Below, piece after piece: positions 54,961 through 64,000 of a stretch of DNA of 64,000 nt (positions within the stretch are counted from its first letter, which is position 1; each line of letters starts with the position of its first letter). The stretch is from Octopus vulgaris. Lineage: Eukaryota. The stretch is taken from NCBI GenBank assembly GCA_951406725.2, contig OX597826.1, positions 35,464,001 to 35,528,000 of the forward strand, written 5' to 3'. The translations under genes were made by a program, and so were the position numbers. The notes beneath the pieces are model-generated. The model made no database searches. It was given only the letters and a program-made list of their open reading frames with translations, and was not told the DNA's origin.

Positions 54961-56654
54961 TCTAAAAGATCCTGTTTGGTCATCATCACAATGCTGGAAT
55001 CTATAGATGTGCACAAATCAAACCACATAATATTTTTTAACTTAAGTTTATCAATCCCCAGTGTGGTACCGTGTGGTATGCAGAGGGAGCAGATGGAAAA
55101 GTGGGGCTACATTGGAGGAGGGGAGGGTTAATATGTGCTAAGTGTGAAGGGGTGGTGAATTTCACTACCACACAGGACAGGCACATCCTACACTCCTCCC
55201 CAATTGTGTCTCCACCACTGTCATAGTGAAACATGGACATTTACTCCATCATATAGGATGAGTCATTTAAGCAATGTCGCGTCCATACCAGAGCAGTGAG
55301 AAGTCAGAATCTGTTTATAATACAAGCATCGGTTAACTAACCCTGCTTCAAAAAATGTAGAGAACAGCGAGCGACACCTGATATTATTACCATTGAGATA
55401 TATAATTATGGGAGAAAAAATGACAGATAAATCTTATAATTGAGGGATACGGGGCACATTCATCAGTGTCAATATCAATCTAGAAAGGTGAAATGTATGT
55501 ACGCTAAAGTGAAGAATGTTTTTATTTTGTACATTTAAAGCAACACTGAAATATTTCCTTGCTTGGAGGATGAAATATAGACTACATATTTTCCATTCCC
55601 TCCACTCTATGTACAACCAACATCTTGGAATTCATCTTCATTTTAGCATCTACTTACTCTAGGGACAAGATCATCTGCCTGCCAATCACTGTGATGCGTC
55701 TGGTATCTTCTCATATGAGATTTGTATCTGTGCTTTATATTCTCTATACTTTTGTCATACGTGATAGCGGATCAAACAACTTTAAATCCATCGATAATTA
55801 CATGAAATTAGAAGCTTTTACACTTAATACCATGTTTCCAAATATCACCACAAATATTTTGCAAGCTGTACACTTGGCAGTTACCAATGACTACCGTTTG
55901 CAACCAATACGATTCAATGTAACAATCCTAAGTCTATCCAATCTGGCTTGACATTAGATTAATACATAGTAATTGTCTACTAAACGAAGTCCAAGTTTTC
56001 CATCTCTTTTATAACGTTGTCTTCTGTAAATCCAGTTTACTAGCGAGTGATATGTCATGACTGTTCAGTAAATGAAGAGAGAAAGAGGGAGAGGGAGAGA
56101 AGGAGAGAGAGGGAGAAGGAGGGAGAGCTTTTCAAAGCAAAGTAGCATTTCCAATTTGTGTGCTTAATATTTCGTTTTCTGGTGTTAGACTCTTGTTGGT
56201 CATAGCTAAAGAGACGAACTTTTCAAAATAAGGTGCCATGGCTTATTATGGTAAAACATAGCATCAGTCTTATTATAGTGAATGTTATAAAGTCATATAA
56301 TGTGAACAGGCAATTAAAGCACTAGATGTCGTCAGGTTGTGCTCGTTCACCAATTCTTTTCAGTGTAATACTAGAATGACTAATAATGGAAACTCCTGGA
56401 ACTTTCGCAGAAAATGTTATAGCAGCTGTTTGAAATATCTGAAATCTCTGTTTAGTTGGTGATATTCATTTTAAAAACATCGAAATAAAGAATATCTTTA
56501 TTTCCTTACTGAGTCTAGAGGAAGATGAAAGAACGGGTAAGTTTTAAAAGTCCTCCGGGACTGCACAAATTGATGATGTTAATACCTTGGTACAAATGTA
56601 AAAAGAAAAAGAAACAGATGGAAAGGATGTAAGTACTATGAAAAAGAAAAAATA

Positions 56655-57027
56655 TTCTTTTCTACTCTAGGCTCAAGGCCCGAAATTTGGGGGGAGGGGC
56701 CAGACAATGTGATCGACCCCAGTACGCAACTGGCACTTAATTTATCGAACTCGAAAGGATAAAAGGGAAAGTCGACGTCGGTGGAAATTGAACTCAGAAA
56801 GTAAAGACAGACGAAATACCTATTTCTTTATTACCTACAAAGGGGCTAAACACAGAGGGGACAAACAAGGACAGACATAGGTATTAAGTCGATTACATCG
56901 ACCTCAGTGCGTAACTGGTACTTAATTTATCGACCTCGGCGGAATTTGAACTCACAACGTAACGCAGACGAAATACCGTTAAGTATTTCGCCCGGCGTGC
57001 TAACGTTTCTGCCAGCTCGCCACCTTA
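56655..57027 (-). mobile_element. SINE family B variant with duplicated central module
   Basis: ATCGACC.CAGT.CG.AACTGG.ACTTAATTTATCGA..GACGAAATACC occurs twice. Confidence 0.8.
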
Positions 57028-57499
57028 ATAACAACAATATTGAATAATCAATTCAGTCATATAGTGGAGGAAACGTTTAAACAAGAAGAATGAAAATATG
57101 TCGGAAGAACAATTGGAGTTCTAAGGGAAGAGGAAAATGGTGACTGCTGTAGCTTTAAAAAATTTAGAATTATTTTGGAAAAATATGAAAGTTGCAATAA
57201 CAATGAAAATTCCTTTTGCAGGGACATTGGGAATTCTAGCTGAATTTTATAGAAGTATATCATAGAACGTGAAGGGTTGAAACTTACAAAATACTTGATC
57301 TTTGAAATGAATGCTAAACAAAAATGCTTGGCATAGACTTAATCCGTCTCCCAGATTATCTTATTTTAGCAGAGTCCACCTTGTTGCAATCATCCGAGGA
57401 AACTCTCCATCATTATGTGGGGATACATTCCACGCCTGGAAGTCCTAGCAGTTTTGGTGAACCTGAAATGAGCCATCTGTACTACAAGGGAAGTTTTGC

Positions 57500-57532
<33 letters not shown>

Positions 57533-57768
57533 TACATACAGAGAGATAGATAGATAGATACTATAAAATTGCTGCTCGTTCAGACTTTTTCCTAGCGACT
57601 TCTTCAAACAGTTTATCTATATAGGATGAATGTATGCATATATATGTATGTATTTATATGTATGTATGTATACACACACATATATTAATACAATTTTATT
57701 TTTTATTTATATATATATAATAAAATTGTTTTAATATGTGTGTGTTTGCGTGCGTGTATGTATATACA

Positions 57769-57809
<41 letters not shown>

Positions 57810-58015
57810 ATTAATAAGCGTGAGTTTCTAACAAAATGCAAGATATCAGGTTCTGAAGCCACCCTCATCAAAATAAAATTGAGATGGTCAGGTCATCTCT
57901 CACGTATGAGTAATATCAGAATTCTAAAGCAACTTTGCTTTGGCCAATTCCCAACAGGAAGGTCACATGGAAGATCACTCTCACATTTTAAAGACAAGCT
58001 AAAAGACTATCTGAA
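57810..58015 (+). mobile_element. RTE LINE 3' fragment, inverted duplicate of 58741-58948
   Basis: RWSGHLSRMSNIRILKQLCFGQFPTGRSHGRSLSHFKDKLKD, almost identical to the minus-strand copy. Confidence 0.9.
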
Positions 58016-58064
58016 TAAGACTATCAGCGATAATAATTAATTTTATTTTATCGCATTTTGACTT

Positions 58065-58100
<36 letters not shown>

Positions 58101-58101
58101 T

Positions 58102-58141
<40 letters not shown>

Positions 58142-58143
<2 letters not shown>

Positions 58144-58473
58144 GGTAAAGACCCCCTTCGGTCATGAATGACCATGGGATTGCACCTAGAAAGTTACCCT
58201 CCTAGACACAAGTCTGGGCAAGGTTGTTTTATGGAAGACCAGCAGTCACCCATGCATACCGGCCTCCCCTCTCCACGACACCAGTGTTATCCAAGGGAAA
58301 GACAAAGGTCGATACAGCTTGGCACCAGTGACGTCGCAACTCATTTCTACAGCTGAGTGGACTGGAGCAACGTGAAATAAAGTGCCTTGCTCAAGAACAC
58401 AACACGCAGCCCGGTCCGGGATTCGAGCTCACAACCTCACGATCGTAAGCTCGACGCTCTAACCACTGAGCCA
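58142..58473 (-). mobile_element. SINE family D
   Basis: Reverse complement of 14938-15274, better preserved tRNA head. Confidence 0.88.
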
Positions 58474-58639
58474 TCATACATTCATCAATTTTTTTTTAGT
58501 GGATGGCAAGGCCTGCTTTGCTTCAGGATACAAAACTATAATGAAAAGTAAGGTTTCCATTTGGAGGAGTAGCCTTGCATACTATCACCAACATAAAACA
58601 GAGTAACCATATTCATAAGTTGGTCCTGATGTTAGAGTC

Positions 58640-59520
58640 GACTTTACTCAAATCTTTGAACTGAGGAGAAGCAGGACTGGCGCCAGGTCCTGCGTTCTAA
58701 TGCTTTGTTTTCCCAGGAAGAGAAGAGAATGTTGCATTGCTTCAAATTGTCTTTTAGTTTGTCTTTAAAATGCGAGAGTGATCTTCCATGTGACCTTCCT
58801 GTTGGGAATTGGCCAAAGCAAAGTTGCTTTAGAATTCTGATATCACTCATACGTGAGAGATGACCTGACCATCTCAATTTTTTTTTTTGATGAGGGTGGC
58901 TTCAGAACCTGATATCTTGCATTTTGTTAGAACCTCACACTTATTAATATGGTTACTCGGTTTTATTCTGGTGAAAGTAAACAAGTATTCACTATCAAAA
59001 GTGTCAAGCTGGTTGATGTGCTTTTGGCGCACAGTCCAAGATTTAGCACCATAAAGCAATGTTAACAAGACCACCGACCTATACATATCGACTTTCACCT
59101 TCAACAATTCGTTGTGGCTATTCCAAAGCCTGTGATAAAGCTTACCGAAACGGAGCGAGCCTTCTCGATTCTGGACTCGATTTCTTTGTCCATCTTAGCA
59201 CCAATGGACACAATAGAACTAATAATGTAAGTGAAAGGGGAAACAGTTTTTAATGCTTTCCCATCAAAATATAGAGTTGGAGCAACAGTGGGAAGATGGT
59301 CACAAAATGGACTGATGGACAAACTCAGTTTTCTTTATACTGATGATCAGACCAAAAACCTTTGGCGCACACGTGAGGTTGTTCAGAATCCATTGCACGC
59401 TCTCAAGAGCGTGTGCTACACGTGCAAAACCATGTGCGAAGAGCAAATCGCGAACTGTTTGCACCAGCGCTTTTGGTTGAACAAGCCACCGCCAGTTCTG
59501 TACTCAAACTTTACTCCTTC
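58640..59520 (-). mobile_element. Degenerate RTE (BovB-like) LINE, RT C-terminal half
   Basis: RDLLFAHGFARVAH (decayed LLFADD); DKEIESRIEKA; KVDMYRSVVLLTLLYGAKSWT; RWSGHLSRM; WENKALERRTWRQ. Confidence 0.92.
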
Positions 59521-60379
59521 TAACACACACGTTTAATATCAGAATGTTGTCTGTCGATATAGACTCAAGAAGAGGACTAACAAGGAAATGCAAAAATGTC
59601 ATTAATAAAATAATTACACAAACAGCCGTTAGGTTAATACAACGGGCTTGGATAAAAGAAATACTGTTCCTTGTTTACACACACACATACACACACATAC
59701 ACAAGAACATGGGTACACGAAACCCTCATACATATATACACGTACGAACGACAGATTGATGAAGGAGTTTACAATAAACTGATTGTTCTACCACAAATAT
59801 CGAACAATTTTACTCTCTTATTCATTATACATCCTACGTATAAATCTATTTCATTTGTGTGGGTGTTGTGTCCATATGTGCAAACAAACAGGTTCCATAC
59901 GCACTCATACTATACTATACATATAAATAAATGTATATACATCGGTGTGCGCACATGCTTGTTTGTATGTGTGTGTTCTGGCACGTGTAAATACGCGTAG
60001 GTTACTTTCTAATACATCTTTCGAACAAAACAGAAAGTCGCACTTCCAAATATATTTCCACGCCGCTCCACACATTTTCCTACCTGACTAATGTAATATT
60101 ATCGAATTTTGTTTATGTTCATATTTTTTACTTCTTGGTGTGTAAGAGCAAAGCAAGTACAAAACAGCGTTTGTACTTACCATTCAGGAACAAAACAAGA
60201 AAACCAACGACTACAAAATTACAAATAGTAAAACAGATGCTTAAAAGAAAAACAGGAATATAGAATATCTAATATACAAAATGAATTTTAAAAAATACCA
60301 ATTAAAAGGACTGTTAAGAAAAAAATAGGAATAAGAAAATATATGAAAATATATATGGCATAAACAAAAACAAAATATT

Positions 60380-60745
<366 letters not shown>

Positions 60746-62108
60746 CCTGAACGAAATTATAACAGTCAGGGAAAATTGGTGATTTAATAGTAACGATGTA
60801 TATAAAGAACTAGATTATTATGACCTGCACAGGGGAACTGGTACACGACAGAGTTTCGGTGCAGCAAGGTTAAAATTACATATATGTGTGCGTGTCTGTG
60901 TGTGTGTGTTAATCAAATAAAACAAAATAACTCGCTTAATGTGTGAATTTTATTTATATGTTTGTGTTTATTTTATGGTCTTTATTTCGTTATCAAAACC
61001 CTACTCTTTCTCTCTCTCTCACTCCTTCTCTTACTCCCTCTCTCTTTCTTTCTCTCCATCACACACACACATATATATCGCTCTCCATACAACTCCACTC
61101 TACTCCACTCTACTCTACCTGTTAATTCATCTCTCTTTAAATCTTAATACAATTTATTGAATGATTTTTTCTGTTTTTCTTTTTTCACTTTTTTTTCAGG
61201 CAAAGGAAATGTAAAAAAACGGAGGATATTTTAAGCAAACATTTTCATATCCGTATATCAATCTTATCATTGTGGTTGTTACTGTTGTTGTTACTGTTCT
61301 TATTGTATTCATCCATGTACGAGTGGTTACAATTTTCCTTGCCATCCTGAAAATTTGGGTTCGATTCCGCAATGTGACATATTTACTAGATATTTCATCA
61401 TAACTTTGTCAAATTAGTTAGAAAGGAAACTGCGAGGAAGCTTCTCGGTTAGACTGCAGCTGTAATTCAAGGATTGAATCTGGTTACTCTGTCTCACATA
61501 GATGTCCCCTAAAAGTTACGCTAAAATTACACACACCTTTAAAATACTCATTAATTTGTGTTGAAGCACATTGTATTTACATCTCTTCCTGTAATCCAAA
61601 TGTCCGCCATTTTCATAAATCGTCTTGTGCTGAATTATGGGTAAATTTGACTATGGAGTACTCAGCCATATTCACGTTAATTTAACGCTTACATTGTTCA
61701 GATGATAGAACAATTATTATTGCTATTGTTGTTGTTTTGATAGCAGCTCCAATTTTACCTTTTTATTGCGTGTATCTTACTCAGGCGAGGATTCCAGTTA
61801 GGGATTCCATGCTTATGAAAAGATCAATGATAGAGTGTTTCTGTCACTTAAAAAATTTTCTCGAAAAGGGCATTTGATAAATAGCATGAGAGTAGTCTGA
61901 CCAGGTTGATAATTTCTTTTGGTTTTGCTTTCGTGATTAGTTATATAAATAATGAGTATAATGATTAGTTCTGCAATCTAATGATTTTGCGCTCCATCAA
62001 TTTTTAGTTCATAAAAATTATAACCAAATGGATATGATTTCTCTATAACTCTACAAAGAATTAATTTACTTCCGGAGCTCCAGCCTTAATGTATATAATG
62101 AATCGTGA

Positions 62109-62459
62109 CACTCCATCGGTTGAAACAACGAGGGTTCCAGTTGAGCTGATCAATGAAATTAACGTGCAAGTGGCTGAGCACTCCACAGACACATGTACTC
62201 TTAATGTAGGTCTAAGGGATAGTCAGCGTGACACAGAGTGTGACGAGGCTGGCCCTTTGAAATACAGGTACAACAGAAACAGGAAGAAAGAGTGAGAGAA
62301 AGTTGTGGTGAAAGAATGCAGCAGGGTTCGCCACCACCCCCTGCCGGAGCCAGGTGTTTTCACTCAATAAACACTCCCGACGCCCAATCTGGAGATCGAA
62401 ACCATAATCCTACGACGGCGAGTCTGCTGCTCTAACCACTGGGCCATTGCAGCTCCACA
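62109..62459 (-). mobile_element. SINE family A
   Basis: Reverse complement of 3804-4174. Confidence 0.88.
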
Positions 62460-62687
62460 TATGATGAATATTTAGAGACTAAAATAATAATTCTGTAACA
62501 CCGAGTTCTGTGGTTGAGAAACTTGCTTCACAACAACTTGTTTCAGGAGTCGGATCGCATTATCAGCACCTAACTCAAGCGATACCTTTCAACTATAATA
62601 CCAGGCTAACCAATATTTTGTGAGTAGATTTTGAATTTGGTGGGTTTGGTAGACTGAAACTACCCAAAAGTCTACTGTGTATATATA

Positions 62688-62827
62688 AGAAACTTGCTTC
62701 CCAACCACATAATTCCGGGTTCAGTCCCACAGCGTGGTACCTTCGACAAGTGTCTTCTACTAAAGCCTCGGGCCGACCAAAGCCTTATGAGTGGATTTGG
62801 TAGATGGAAACTGAAAGAAGCCCATCA
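62688..62827 (+). mobile_element. SINE family C, 5' fragment (an older fragment lies at ~62505-62665)
   Basis: CCGGGTTCAGTCCCAC..GGGCCGACCAAAGCC..GGAAACTGAAAGAAGCC. Confidence 0.8.
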
Positions 62828-63299
62828 TATATATATATGCGTGTGCCAAATTACAAGTTAAGTTTTGTACCTGTAATTATTGGGACACTGGGATATTTAA
62901 CATGCTGTTTAGATACCAATTTTGAGAAATTAGGATTTTCAAAACTAGAAAGGAGAAAGCTGATTCAAAGACTATAAACTCAAGCCGTCACTGGAACTCT
63001 AAAAATCTGTAAAATTTTCGAGAAGTTTATCATTTAAATATATATGAGTGTGTCTAGATATGCAGCTATATGCATGAGAATACATACATAAAACAAAACA
63101 TACAAATCTGCACATACACATACATGCAAAAATGCACTGTTGATGTTGTTGAAATTGCCTTGGATCTAGGTTAGAAACCGGCCCCTTCTCTATTGACAAG
63201 AAACCTTGAAATAAAAATTGAATGGCATACATACACACACACACGCATGCACATACATACATACACACACACATACATACATACATACATACATACATA

Positions 63300-64000
63300 C
63301 AAAATACCCACCACCCTAATTGTTGCTATAGAGAGAGACTCACAAAGACATGGACAACTGTTCTCACACTTCCAGCTGAGAACAGAATAATTGTTTCAGA
63401 TAGTATAGACATCTCAAAGGGAATATTCCAGGGAGATAGTCTTTCAGTACTTCTTTTCATTTTGGCACTGAATCCATCCATTATCGTTCCTACTGCAGAA
63501 AATAAATGGTTACATGCTCAGATCTTCAACTGCTAGAAATATCAATGTAACTCATAATTTCTTTGTAGACGACCTCAAGATTTATGCTAAAAGTGTAAAC
63601 AATGCCAAAGTACAACTGAAATTAATAACAACCTTTTCAGCTGATACAAGCATGAAATTTTACCAAAAGAAATGTTCATATTTGGTTATAGAATGAGGAA
63701 AGTCAGTCCCCCAAACCCAAAACCTGTGCATCAACGATCTCTCTATCTCCCCCTTTCCAAACAAAGAATGTGACACGTACCTAGGCATAGACGAAAATGT
63801 ATCATATGAAGGCATTGGGAATAAAGATAGAGTGACCCAAGAATATTACACCAAACTTAGGAAAATATGGCAGTCGGAACTCTCCATGTGCAACAAAACA
63901 ATAACCCACAATGCATTTGCGGTACCAGTGCTGATCCCAACATTTGGGATACTTAATTGATCTGTAGAGGAAAACCACTCCATAGATATCAAAACCCGCA
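63300..64000 (+). mobile_element. Degenerate R4/Dong-like non-LTR reverse transcriptase (runs off window)
   Basis: KGIFQGDSLSVLLFILALNP; THNFFVDDLKIYAK; MKF..KKC; YLGI; EYYTKLRKIWQSELS..NK...HNAFAVPVL..TFGILN; stops and a frameshift. Confidence 0.88.

Noticed and set aside
55250-56040. Possible old L1/Tx1-like ORF2 relic on the minus strand (KRDGKLGL)
   Set aside because: Only one short motif; needs a translated search.

Overview
AT-rich eukaryotic (animal) non-genic DNA, saturated with microsatellites and mostly degenerate mobile elements. The repeat landscape suggests a cephalopod such as Octopus; this is inference and was not verified. I cannot support any host protein-coding exon, and almost all listed ORFs are microsatellite artefacts. 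Recognisable content: four families of tRNA-headed SINEs, an RTE-tailed short element, and remnants of mariner/Tc1, Gypsy pol, RTE, R4/Dong-like and Penelope-like (GIY-YIG) elements. Two things stand out. (1) A repeated cassette of tRNA-like Pol III head + (AAT)n + minimal type-I hammerhead ribozyme with a palindromic stem III. It occurs as head-to-head inverted pairs (15.8-16.2 kb, 48.0-48.3 kb), and once directly downstream of a Penelope-type endonuclease C-terminus (34.3-34.9 kb). Several other hammerhead-like families, some with variant C3-G8 cores, are also present. (2) A 2.2-kb ORF1(gag-knuckle)-only retroelement with a perfect 13-bp target-site duplication, inserted into the tRNA-like head of a SINE (50203-52400). 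All calls were made by eye; coordinates of degenerate elements are approximate.
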